Shown: positions 18,969 through 28,220 of the stretch, one piece after another
Numbering within the stretch: position 1 is the stretch's first letter
Layout of the letters: each line of letters opens with the position of its first letter
Sequence record: NZ_CP072215.1
Length of the DNA: 64,000 bases
Source of the DNA: a plasmid
Strand: one strand, 5' to 3'
The notes under the pieces: model-generated
What the model was told of the DNA's origin: nothing
Databases searched by the model: none
The model's input: only the letters and a program-made list of their open reading frames with translations
Program-made: the position numbers and the translations under genes

Positions 18969-18990
18969 GGCAGAAACACCCACTTCTGCC
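18969..18990. promoter_or_regulatory. inverted repeat GGCAGAA-N8-TTCTGCC upstream of the mob operon; candidate oriT hairpin
   Basis: Only clear inverted repeat in the ~115 bp between mobA and the IS1380 remnant. Confidence 0.25.
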
Positions 18991-19059
18991 TACAACATCC
19001 CCTTACCCCACAATGCGACTTGAGACAATACGCAGTATCATACCCATAAGTTGTAGGCG

Positions 19060-20301
19060 TTATCCAAAATCAGTCTGAAAAATATCTGCGTAAGCATTGT
19101 TACAGGTATAGATATTCAGCACATACCGCCTTGATGTCCTGATCCACTTGGCTGGTACAGAGATAAACCTGAAGACAAACGCTTTTATGCGACTTGTTGC
19201 ATTGAGTCCGAACCTCTTTACGTCAAGTCTTTGGATAATGGCCTTGTAGAAGTTACGGATAAGTGCTGTAAGAAGAAGGAACACAGTGTTCTCGGCCATG
19301 AAGGATTTGGGCAATCTGTCCCACCCGAAACCATTGTTCATATCATCAAAGATACGTTCCTTTCCTCCACGAAGGTTATAGAACTCGACAATTTCTCTTA
19401 CGGAAGATTCATAGTCGTTAGTCAGGATACAACGGTATGTGTATTCTCCTTCCCAAAGATCCTGCACACCATCCATCCGTTTCTGTCTTTGAATCACAAG
19501 TCGGTATGCTTTACCCTTCCACTTCTCAACAAGGATAGAGTTCAATTCAAACTCAATGCCATTGATTTCCTCAGTCTTCCAGCCTCTGAGAGCAAATATG
19601 TCATTGTAGAGCGAACTGCAGCGGTTAGTGCGGATATAGAAGGACTTGCAGTGTTTCTCTATTTCCTCCACGATTTCCTCGGAACATGATCCGCAATCAG
19701 CTCTGAAACGATTGATAGTGAGCCTGTTCTGTTCAAATCTCTCAAAGAACCTCTTCAGCGTGTCCTTCTGATGAAAACGAAGGTTTTCGTTAAGCCAGAT
19801 GAGCAGAGCTAAGTTTACTTAAGCTCTGCCATGGCGAGAAAACGTGCCATGAAATGGAACTTTTGTGTTACCATCGCTATTCTCAATGCCAACAATCAAG
19901 TCACCAATAACCGCCACGCCAGGGCGATAACCAGAGAACTTCTTGTATGTAGGCTTTGCATCATACTTCTCACCCTCTTTCAGTTGGTCAGATGCAAACA
20001 TACAATTGAGCAGTAAAGTATTGAGAGTGTCAGCCGTGTTGAAATCGTAGTTCTTACCCGTATCTGATGTGTATGAGATGTTTTCTTGCGTCAGTTCCTT
20101 TATCGCTCTGAGGATAGTATCAGAACTACAAGTATGAAGTGTCGGATGAAGCGAGAGATGGTTCATCAAATGAGTAGTGACATCCTCAATACATGAGCCA
20201 CCACAGAAGTAGATACTCATGAGAGAACGGATGATTTCGCTGTACTGATAACCTAACGATCTACACCTTAGACCGAGGGTTGAGTCGATTACAGATGACA
20301 A
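19060..20301 (-). pseudogene. IS1380-family transposase split into two ORFs (N-part 19819..20301, C-part 19060..19671); the N-part has a TTG start and lacks the usual N-terminal ~25 aa
   Basis: SSVIDSTLGLRCRSLGYQYSEIIRSLMSIYFCGGSCIEDV block and a C-terminal DDE region. 147-bp gap and frame break between the parts. Confidence 0.65.
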
Positions 20302-20556
20302 TGTGGAGTCAAATTGCTCATCAGGTAGGGCGGAAGGATTTCGAGGAATTTGGACGACGCATAGGGTTGGGCAATAAATTGATAAAGCGTGAGCTTGATG
20401 AGTTTGTCAAAGAGAAACCATTGGTGCAAGTATTGATAGACCGTTCCTTTTTATCGGAAGAACTGAAAAAGTAATATAGGATGTCTATGGGGTACAGGTG
20501 TAAGATGCTTTCTTTCTGATGAAGGGCGGATAAAGCATTCTTCAGGAAAGTACTTC

Positions 20557-20668
20557 TCCTTTTCCCATACCGGTCATACCGTTAAAACTGATTGATAATT
20601 ATGACGCGTATGTTGGCCGGTATGCCTATCTTTGTGGCAATGAAAACAGAGAAAGGATTGATTTTGTA
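20557..20668. repeat. ~110-bp direct repeat, copy 2 (see 4011..4125); 5' region of the Rep-like gene
   Basis: ~90% identical to 4011..4125. Contains the TAtcTTTG motif ~45 bp upstream of the ATG at 20678. Confidence 0.7.
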
Positions 20669-20677
20669 AGTATTATC

Positions 20678-21886
20678 ATGGCAAAAGAACTGATTCGTGT
20701 CCCTAGGGTGCTTGGGGAAAGCTATAATTCCGTGCTGATTGAACGGTTGTATGAGGCAGGTGGAAATGTCATGCTCGATCTGATCATATACCTGGGCAGC
20801 TATCACCTCAAAGACTTGTTCGGGACTTCCTGGTTCTCCGTAGAAGACTTCTGCCGTAAGATGGGGTATGACCGTACCAACTTGCAGCGCAAGCTGGATA
20901 GCCGGCAGCTCGCGGCCATGTTCGGAAAGAATATGCAGCCGGAATATGTATGTACCGACACGGCAGGACAGAGAATCAGCCATCCTATCGAGACGGTTTT
21001 TGAGGCGGCTCTCTATAAACTGGGATTGGAGAACCTCTGCTATCCGACCATTGGCGAGGATGGCCGTACATCCTATAATTTCGTGCAGATCTTGAAACGT
21101 TTCGACATAATGACCGATTTCAAGACGAAGAAGTCAACGAAAAGGCTGTACTCGGCAGTGGTAAGCCCGGAGATAAAGAATTTCATGTTCTCGCTCTATA
21201 ACCTCTTGGAACTTCAGGATTACCGTAGCCTGCCCAGCCGTTACCGCTATTTCTATCTGGAACTTTCCAAGATGGTTTACCTGATCAAGTATAAGACCAC
21301 CAAGAATGAGGCTCCTTTTTATGTGCTGACAGTCGATCAGCTGGCTAAAAAGCTCGGCATAGAGATTGCCGAACCCAAAGACCGGAAAAAGAAGGTCGCC
21401 TCGATACTGAAAAAGATGAATACTTACCTGAAATATACCAATTTCAATTTCTCTTTTGTGAAAGGCGATCATGAGAGATGGGCATATACCGTGTTGTTCT
21501 CGTTTCCTAGGCATACGCTGCACTATTTTGATGAAGGACAATATGCTGTCGTGGTGAAGAAATTCTATAAGAACCTGCTTGGGCTGTATGTCGAGATTGC
21601 CTACCCGGACACGGATATGGCTGTCAGGAGGAAGAAGATCAAAGAGGTGGAGGAAGATGCCGGACTGTATAAAGAGTTCCTTTTATGGGCAAACTCCCCG
21701 GAAAGCGTAGAAAAGAAGAAACAGATATATATCAGTGATTTCGTGGCTGTATTCGGCAGGTTTCCGGAAGGATGGGCACAGGAAGAGTTGGAGAGTGCCA
21801 ATGGAACGGAAGTTGCTCCTGCTCCTGAAGAGTTCATATCTCCGGAGACGGACGGGGCGGTGAACATGGACGATCCAGCTGTGTAG
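20678..21886 (+). CDS. conserved mobile-element protein, putative replication-initiator-like; paralog of 62876..63979
   Basis: 402 aa, ~45% identical to the 62876..63979 product. Stop codon lies inside the first iteron. Function inferred only from the downstream iteron + AT-rich architecture. Confidence 0.4.
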   Translation: MAKELIRVPRVLGESYNSVLIERLYEAGGNVMLDLIIYLGSYHLKDLFGTSWFSVEDFCRKMGYDRTNLQRKLDSRQLAAMFGKNMQPEYVCTDTAGQRISHPIETVFEAALYKLGLENLCYPTIGEDGRTSYNFVQILKRFDIMTDFKTKKSTKRLYSAVVSPEIKNFMFSLYNLLELQDYRSLPSRYRYFYLELSKMVYLIKYKTTKNEAPFYVLTVDQLAKKLGIEIAEPKDRKKKVASILKKMNTYLKYTNFNFSFVKGDHERWAYTVLFSFPRHTLHYFDEGQYAVVVKKFYKNLLGLYVEIAYPDTDMAVRRKKIKEVEEDAGLYKEFLLWANSPESVEKKKQIYISDFVAVFGRFPEGWAQEELESANGTEVAPAPEEFISPETDGAVNMDDPAV

Positions 21887-22209
21887 AACCGTCCACGTTT
21901 CACGGTTTTTTATAGAATTAGTTGTGTAGAAGTGTCCCTATTGGGGTGATTAGATGTGTGGAGTCATCCGCTTTGCCTGTTTTAGTTGTGTAGAAGTGTC
22001 CCGTTTGTTGCTTCTAGTTGTGTAGAACCGTCCACTCCTTTTGCTTTAGTTGTGTAAAAGCGTCCGGTTTCACTTGTCAGCTGTGTAAAACCGTCCACCC
22101 GTTAATGAAGGGAATAGGTAATCCCTGTTTTTTTTATATGTCGGTATATCAGTGAAATAAAAGAGAGAAATTTTTAAATAAAAGGTATCGGCTGTGTAAA
22201 ACCATCCAC
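21877..22209. repeat. iteron array: 7 direct copies (plus 1 degenerate) of AGYTGTGTARAANNGTCCM, ~32-bp periodicity, then AT-rich tract
   Basis: Copies at 21877, 21919, 21984, 22016, 22048, 22079, 22190; degenerate copy at 21950. AT-rich stretch 22100..22185 before the last copy. Confidence 0.8.
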
Positions 22210-22394
22210 CAAAATACATAATAAAGACCTAAACTCCTAACCCCTTTAAATATCCCCAAAGCGATAACATAGAAATGACTGGGAAAATAAATTTTCCCTT
22301 CACATGCCCTATACGTACTTTCGGAAAAAGATTTTTCGGAAGTATGTGTTGATTTTCACGCTTTTTTATATGATTGGAAGGCGGTTCTGTTCAT

Positions 22395-22500
22395 CTTCTG
22401 TATCCGAATTAGTTTTTCAGGGCGTTCCCTTCTGACCGGGCTATTCGTTGCAAGTCCTCGTTACCCTCCAGGCTTTTCCCTGCTATCCCTAACGCTCTAC
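22395..22500. repeat. GC-rich conserved element, copy 2 (see 4235..4320)
   Basis: GGGCGTTCCCTTCTGACCGGGCT...GCAAGTCCTCG...CTGCTATCCCTAACGC. Confidence 0.5.
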
Positions 22501-22767
22501 GCTCCGGCTATGCCGGAAGAGAGGTATGATGATTTTTTCCTGAACTGATAGGAACATTGCGAAGGTAGGCGTGGCCGGAACGCCCGATATTGAAAAGCCA
22601 AATCTCCATCCTCCCATTCCGGGAGGTAGTATTTACCAGTTCAATCCCGTTCTGATCCGTCTTTCCCGCTTTCTCTTCAATGCACTGTTCCCAATCAGTT
22701 GAGGAAAAATTTATGGTTGGGGCGACAAGCGATGTTTGCGAGTATTAATCTTTTAATTTTTGGCAGT

Positions 22768-23394
22768 ATGAAAACGAAGAGAACCGTATTTGAAGTGAAT
22801 GACGTTTATCGGGTGATGGAAAACAGCGAGTTGATTTATACCTTGACGAACAGTGAGAAACTGAAACGTGAAGAATATAAGTATGAACAGATGGAAATAG
22901 AAGGATTGTGCTTGTCTGATGTACTGGAAACACTAACACCCAGCCGTAAAAAAGTCGCTTATGCGGCGATTGAGCTATATAAACGGCTGAAAGAAGGGCA
23001 AGTTGAAAGTCCTGCGCTTTTATCCAGCAATAATGTTTATAAAATGATGCATCCTGTTTTGTGCGATATAGCTACTGAAGAGATGTGGGTGCTGTTGCTG
23101 AACAGTTCGTCCAAACTCATCCGTAAAGTCCGTATCTCATGCGGCGGGATAAATACCGCCCCTGTGGATATACGGGTTATCATGAAGCAGGCATTGTATT
23201 ATAACGCCGTATCTTTTATCATGGTACATAACCACCCATCAGGAGCACGCAAGCCCAGCAGTGCGGATGACCGCTTGACGGAAGCAGTTAAAAAAGCCGC
23301 TGAAACATTAGACATCCGTTTGGTTGACCATGTGATTGTGGCAGGCAATAACTATTATAGCTATGCGGACGAGGGAAGATTGCAAAATAGGTAA
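22768..23394 (+). CDS. radC: RadC-like JAB/MPN-domain protein
   Basis: HNHPSG motif and helix-hairpin-helix-like N region. ORF from 22699; likely start MKTKRT. Confidence 0.85.
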   Translation: MKTKRTVFEVNDVYRVMENSELIYTLTNSEKLKREEYKYEQMEIEGLCLSDVLETLTPSRKKVAYAAIELYKRLKEGQVESPALLSSNNVYKMMHPVLCDIATEEMWVLLLNSSSKLIRKVRISCGGINTAPVDIRVIMKQALYYNAVSFIMVHNHPSGARKPSSADDRLTEAVKKAAETLDIRLVDHVIVAGNNYYSYADEGRLQNR

Positions 23395-23437
23395 GGTGGA
23401 CGGGAGAAATCCCGTCTGCCCGGGATTTCGGCTTCGG

Positions 23438-23471
23438 GGTTCTTTTTTGGCAGTCACCCCAAAAAAGAACC
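23438..23471. terminator. 13-bp-arm perfect palindrome GGTTCTTTTTTGG-N7-CCAAAAAAGAACC (family with 32977..33009 and 44729..44761)
   Basis: Placed 44 bp after the radC-like stop. Same arms, different spacer, in the other two copies. Confidence 0.4.
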
Positions 23472-23561
23472 AAAAAAATGCTTCCCGGACTATCGGATGC
23501 GACATCGTAAAATACGCAAAGACGTGGCTTTTCAGAATAAATACATATCTTCGCGCCAAAG

Positions 23562-23981
23562 GTGATCGGAATGAATGTATTTTCTACTTTTGATACAGGC
23601 GTTATGGTGGCTCTCTTACTGGGCATTGAGTTTCTTAGAAGTGATATCCGAACGATTCTCTATTGTAAAAGGAATGATCCCAGGATTCTTAAGAGTTGCT
23701 TATATACGCTGCTTATATTATTGACCAGCCTTTATTCTATTGTGGCCGGAGCCATGCTTCATCCGGAACCCGTACCTGTTTATGAGTTGATACCCGGTTT
23801 TCAATATGGGGTTTATGGCTTTTCTTTTTCGTTTATATTGCTCGCTGTTGCATGTCTTTATCGTAAAACATTACCTTTTGTCCTTTTGGGCTACGCTATG
23901 ATATATGTGATCGGTGTATTGATACCACTACTTAGGTATGTAGTGTCTATGATGGATTATTTCACTCGCACAAGGGTATAG
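23562..23981 (+). CDS. hypothetical small membrane protein
   Basis: 139-aa ORF with 4 hydrophobic helices. No other support. Confidence 0.3.
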   Translation: MIGMNVFSTFDTGVMVALLLGIEFLRSDIRTILYCKRNDPRILKSCLYTLLILLTSLYSIVAGAMLHPEPVPVYELIPGFQYGVYGFSFSFILLAVACLYRKTLPFVLLGYAMIYVIGVLIPLLRYVVSMMDYFTRTRV

Positions 23982-24204
23982 CAGGTTAATTTCTTGATTG
24001 TATCGGATTGCCCTTTCTGTGGGCTGCCTCCCCCGGCTTCTTTCCTCCGATCCGAGTCCGGCTTTTTGCTCGGCAAAGGTTTCGGGATTCCGCAAATGGC
24101 AAGTTACGGCCATGCGCCTTTACTGTATGGAAAATAACGATGAAGAAGTGTCTTCCCGACATTTTCCATAAGTGAAACTTGGCTTATTGCTTGCAATCCA
24201 GACC

Positions 24205-24325
24205 TTGATATGCCGAAAAAAGGCTCAGAACTCAGATGGGGAATGACATCAAAAAAAAGGTCGGCTGACCAAAGACCTTCCCGATACAAAAAATGAAAAG
24301 GTCTTGAATCTAGCTGAAGAATAAA
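24205..24325. repeat. partial copy (3'-terminal ~120 bp) of repeat family A
   Basis: AAAAAAGGCTCAGAACTCAGATGGGGAATGA...GGTCTTGAATCTAGCTGAAGAATAA matches the 3' end of the 29973/33044/42146 elements. Ends 5 bp before the gene start. Confidence 0.6.
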
Positions 24326-24329
24326 TCAG

Positions 24330-24728
24330 ATGTTCAACTTAAATAATGCTAATATGGAAAATTTGATTACACAAATCAACAAAGAGAGATTGGTTAATAG
24401 CGACACAGCTCTTATGATGAAGGAATTATACTATTACGTGCCTTGTGAGTATTGGTATGACAAACAGGATAGGCTACGCACCGATATTGAGGGAAGGAAT
24501 ACCCCGATGTATATGTGCGAGTGCCCGACACTGGCAGCATGTATCCAATGGATGATACAGACTCGTGAATATACGTTTCAAACAGAACAAAACGTGGCGG
24601 TCTGGCATGTGGTTGTGAGGGCTGGAGATTATGTGTTGTATGACTCCGAAAGTAATGCGGACGCTTTTTGTTGTTTGGAAGAAGCATTGGAAAAAGCGGT
24701 ACAGGAGTGCATGGAGTTATTGTATTAA
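24330..24728 (+). CDS. hypothetical protein
   Basis: 132-aa ORF. Preceded by the family-A 3' fragment and followed by a strong terminator. Confidence 0.5.
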   Translation: MFNLNNANMENLITQINKERLVNSDTALMMKELYYYVPCEYWYDKQDRLRTDIEGRNTPMYMCECPTLAACIQWMIQTREYTFQTEQNVAVWHVVVRAGDYVLYDSESNADAFCCLEEALEKAVQECMELLY

Positions 24729-24732
24729 AATT

Positions 24733-24765
24733 AAAAAAAATCAGTCCCCGTGAAGGGGACTTTCC
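24733..24765. terminator. bidirectional rho-independent terminator (A8-AGTCCCC-GTGAA-GGGGACT-TT)
   Basis: 7-bp GC stem flanked by an A-run on one side and T's on the other. Serves the convergent 24330..24728 (+) and invertase (-) genes. Confidence 0.6.
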
Positions 24766-24840
24766 TATAATCTTGCTGAGAGGTGGAATTGCAGACGATC
24801 TTTGAGAATCATCTTTGAAGGATGGGCAGAGGTTTATTCG

Positions 24841-25437
24841 TTATTTGTTATTTTTGTTCTCGGATTTCAGCGCAATTCCATTCCTTCTTAATAGGCGATA
24901 TACTGTTCCGCTACTGCCTATGTTTAATATTTTCTGTATCTCCCTTACCGGCGTTCCGGATTCATAGAGTTGGATGCAGCTTTTCTGCTTGGCGATGTTG
25001 TTTTTGTTGATAAGTGTCTTTCTGCCGAATTTGACACCTTTTTCCTTGGCGATTCTTCTGCCTTCTTGGGTTCTCTCATAGATAAGGTCTCTTTCAAACT
25101 GAGCGAAAGCACCGAGAATGTTGTTCATCAGTTGGCCGATTGCGCCTTCCGTACTGATGTTGTCTTGCAGTGAGGTGAATTGGATGCCCCTATTCTTGAA
25201 ATCTTCCAATAGCGTAAGGATATTCTTCAGCGAACGGCCAAGCCGGTCCAGCTTATATACGACAAGTGTGTCGCCTTCCCGGAGAAAGCTCAGGCAGGCA
25301 TCCAGTTCCGGGCGGTTTTGTTGACGTCCGGTCATTTTCTCAGAGAAGATTTTCTCGCATCCGGCAGCCTTCAACGCTTCCAGTTGCATATCCAGATGTT
25401 GTTCCTTGGTGGAAACACGGGCATATCCTATTTTCAT
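24841..25437 (-). CDS. DNA invertase, Hin/Gin/Pin-type serine recombinase
   Basis: MKIGYARVSTKEQ (catalytic Ser), LDRLGRS motif, C-terminal Hin-like HTH (IGSSGTVYRLL); 198 aa. Confidence 0.9.
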   Translation of the reverse strand: MKIGYARVSTKEQHLDMQLEALKAAGCEKIFSEKMTGRQQNRPELDACLSFLREGDTLVVYKLDRLGRSLKNILTLLEDFKNRGIQFTSLQDNISTEGAIGQLMNNILGAFAQFERDLIYERTQEGRRIAKEKGVKFGRKTLINKNNIAKQKSCIQLYESGTPVREIQKILNIGSSGTVYRLLRRNGIALKSENKNNK

Positions 25438-25478
25438 CCTGTTTTCGTATTTAAATGTGTAATGAAGGTTTTAATTCT

Positions 25479-25808
25479 TCACTTTTTCAAATATGAAGAC
25501 ATTAATTCTTCATATTCCTCACGGCTGTATTGGTTGAACCCCTTTTGCTTCATTGCCAAAAGAAGCCTTTCCAGTTCTCCGATAGTCACTACCTGTTTGC
25601 CGATAACGGTAAATTGTTCCCATTCTCCCTTTTCGTTGAGCAGGTATTCCCGGTGTGCAAAACAGTAAAGAGAACCATCGATGTCATTCCGTTTCTGCCA
25701 TTGACGCAGGTGCTTCAAACTGGTGAAATCACGGGTGACAGTACGTGGAATGGGAACCAATACGTCAATTTCCATCTTGAATTTTATATTCTCTTCCGCT
25801 TCTCGCAT
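25479..25808 (-). CDS. hypothetical protein
   Basis: 109-aa ORF between the invertase and the RhuM pseudogene. Confidence 0.4.
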   Translation of the reverse strand: MREAEENIKFKMEIDVLVPIPRTVTRDFTSLKHLRQWQKRNDIDGSLYCFAHREYLLNEKGEWEQFTVIGKQVVTIGELERLLLAMKQKGFNQYSREEYEELMSSYLKK

Positions 25809-25824
25809 GGGTGATTAGCTTATT

Positions 25825-26677
25825 TCATAATACATCAATTATCGTATGGGCAGGAAGTTCCAGTTTGGAGAAAGCAAACATTTTCTTGCCCAAATCCTTT
25901 AGCGATGCCCCAATATGATATACTTCCGTATTATCAATGATTAAGAAGCGGTCATGACTACTTTTGTAGGTTCTAGCTTCAATGGGAGGATATTGGTCAT
26001 TGTGTTTGTTTAAATCAAGTTGGAGCTGTGCGTTTATTTTGTGTATAAATAGTAGCTGATACTCCACTGTTTCGTTTGCTCAACATGAGTAACACGGATT
26101 CATCTACATAGTTGTCGATAAGCACAAGTGAGCATTTGGCAGACTTTATTAAATCTGTAGCAAACTTATACGCATCGAATATCTGACCGTCAAAGAATAT
26201 ACCTTCCACCGGAGGCAATGAGGTGCGTACAAAGAAGTCTATCTTTGCATCATGTTCAGCAATGGTTTTCTCTATTTGGAAGAATCTATTGTTCATTCTA
26301 TATTCCATGTCATTGAGCCGTTGGTTTATAGAATAACCTTTCAATAAATATTCTTTTAAAATTTTATTTGCCCATTGCCTGAATTGCGTACCTCTTACGC
26401 TTTTAACTCTGTATCCAACTGAAATTATTACGTCTAGACTAAAGAACTTGACAGGCTTATCGGAATTAGCAATGTGCAAAAAATGCACATTGCTTTTCTC
26501 TTCCAATTCCTTTTCCTTAAAAACATTATTTATATGTTTGGTAATAACGGTTCTGTCACGTTGAAAAAGTTCTGCTATCTGCGCTTGTGTGAGCCAAACG
26601 GTTTCATCTTCTAAACGTACTTCCAACCTTACAGCTTCATCCGGTTGGTATAGTATGATTTCTCCTTGCTTCTCCAT
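25825..26677 (-). pseudogene. RhuM-family gene disrupted by a frameshift near 26015..26067
   Basis: ORFs 26015..26677 and 25825..26067 together align end-to-end with the intact 10842..11678 product (~75% aa identity). The frame changes after ATIYTQ. Confidence 0.75.
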
Positions 26678-27055
26678 TATATGTTTCGCTTTTATTATAT
26701 TGTTGCAAATGTACGAAAAAGAAACGTTATAAAGTCTGTTTTTTCCGTAAGTATTACCTTAAAAATTTGTTCCCTTTTTATTTTAATAAAACAGAAACAT
26801 TCTGCTGTTTTAAAAATCAGTTATCTGTTTGCTATTCATAGTTAGGGTATCAAATAACTAAAATTCAAATGGAAACGCAAATCTATATTTTATGCAGATT
26901 TGTTTGTTAGAAGCGGAGAAAAGGACACAAGACATGATAAGAATCATAGGTCGGGGAGCGCCGCACGGCAAGGGGGGCACTAGCCTCCCGACGAGTGCAG
27001 CCGTTGGCCGGGTTATCGGTGAAAATGGAAAAAAGTTGGCTTTTCTTTTGGTATT

Positions 27056-27107
27056 GTTATAACTTTGTCTATATTTGTGTTGTGATAATCAATTTTAAAG
27101 TTATAAC
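27056..27107. promoter_or_regulatory. 11-bp inverted repeat GTTATAACTTT ... AAAGTTATAAC immediately upstream of mazE; candidate TA operator
   Basis: Perfect inverted repeat with 30-bp spacer ending 4 bp before the mazE ATG. Confidence 0.35.
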
Positions 27108-27110
27108 ATT

Positions 27111-27359
27111 ATGGTAACAAACATTATTCAGATTGGAAACAGCAAGGGGATAATACTTCCTTCCGAGATATTGAAACAGTTGCGTTTGTCCTTGAAATCG
27201 GCTGTGAGCATTTCTTTGGACGGGAACAATATTGTGATAAAGGCACAACCACGGCAGGGATGGGCGGAAGCTGCCAAACGTGCCCATGAGAATGGGGATG
27301 ATGAGTTGCTTATCCCTGATGTGTTTGAGGATGAAAAGTTTGAGGATTGGACATGGTAG
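27111..27359 (+). CDS. mazE: MazE/PemI-type (AbrB/SpoVT-fold) antitoxin
   Basis: IQIGNSKGIILPSEILKQLRLS swapped-hairpin motif. 13-nt overlap with mazF. Confidence 0.7.
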   Translation: MVTNIIQIGNSKGIILPSEILKQLRLSLKSAVSISLDGNNIVIKAQPRQGWAEAAKRAHENGDDELLIPDVFEDEKFEDWTW

Positions 27360-27673
27360 AACAGTATGGAGTGTATTGGGTAGAGTTAGACCCTACCCGT
27401 GGGGGTGAAATGGCAAAGACACGGCCATGTGTTGTTGTAACTCCTTCAGATTTGAATATGTACCTTACAATAGTAGTCATTGCTCCGATAACCTCCACCA
27501 TAAGGAACTATCCTTACCGGGTTCTGTGTTCTGTAGCCGGGCGTGATGGGGAGATAGCCACGGATCAGATTCGCACGGTGGACAAAAGCCGGCTGAAAAG
27601 AAAGATTGGAGATTTGAATTTCAGTGAGATAAAAAGACTGAAGGAAGTGTTTCATCAAATGTTCTGTGAATAA
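27347..27673 (+). CDS. mazF: MazF/PemK endoribonuclease toxin
   Basis: GVYWVELDPTRGGEMAKTRPCVVV... PemK/MazF signature; 108 aa. Confidence 0.85.
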   Translation: MDMVEQYGVYWVELDPTRGGEMAKTRPCVVVTPSDLNMYLTIVVIAPITSTIRNYPYRVLCSVAGRDGEIATDQIRTVDKSRLKRKIGDLNFSEIKRLKEVFHQMFCE

Positions 27674-27722
27674 TGGAAAGTGTGCAAATAACAGGTTATG
27701 TAGCGTATTCAAAAAAGATATT

Positions 27723-28121
27723 ATGAAGCCAACTACTTATATTAATTGGGACGGTCTGAAAGACATTCCATTCTTCTACTGCGATACAAAGGAAGATGAA
27801 GAAAACAAGGATTTCGACATCTATTACCAGGGCAAGCTGGTGTTGCATGACTACAACCATTGCGGACACTACCTTTACACTGCTGCGCTGCTGTTCAGTA
27901 AAATCAGAAACATTACAGCCGACTGGGTGAACCTGCATAACCTTTGGATTCTGCGTGATTGCGTGCGCGAGAATTACAATCACGGCATAGGAGTGGACGA
28001 CCTTATTTTCGGAGAGAATTTCGATGGCAAGAACCTCGATACACTCACACCGCTTACCAAGAAACGCTTTGATTATTTGTGTAAGCGGATTAAGGAACTT
28101 GACCCATACGCAACAATTTAA
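27723..28121 (+). CDS. hypothetical protein
   Basis: ORF from 27666; start probably MKPTTY at 27723 to avoid overlap with mazF. No known motif. Confidence 0.4.
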   Translation: MKPTTYINWDGLKDIPFFYCDTKEDEENKDFDIYYQGKLVLHDYNHCGHYLYTAALLFSKIRNITADWVNLHNLWILRDCVRENYNHGIGVDDLIFGENFDGKNLDTLTPLTKKRFDYLCKRIKELDPYATI

Positions 28122-28220
28122 CACTTCATTGGGCGAAGGCAGGGCTTGCTGCGGATGCCAGACTTTAAATAATCCATTGGATTAATTATCTTTGCACGCT
28201 AATTTTCAAATTATAAAGAA

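Noticed and set aside
21877-22209. Possibility that the direct-repeat array is a CRISPR array
   Set aside because: Repeats are only ~19 bp and degenerate, spacers are unequal (31-111 bp), there are no cas genes, and the first repeat overlaps a stop codon. The architecture fits iterons, not CRISPR.
23438-23471. Palindrome family as integron attC sites
   Set aside because: They are perfect symmetric palindromes without the extrahelical bases or R''/L''-L'/R' asymmetry of attC, and no integron integrase is present.
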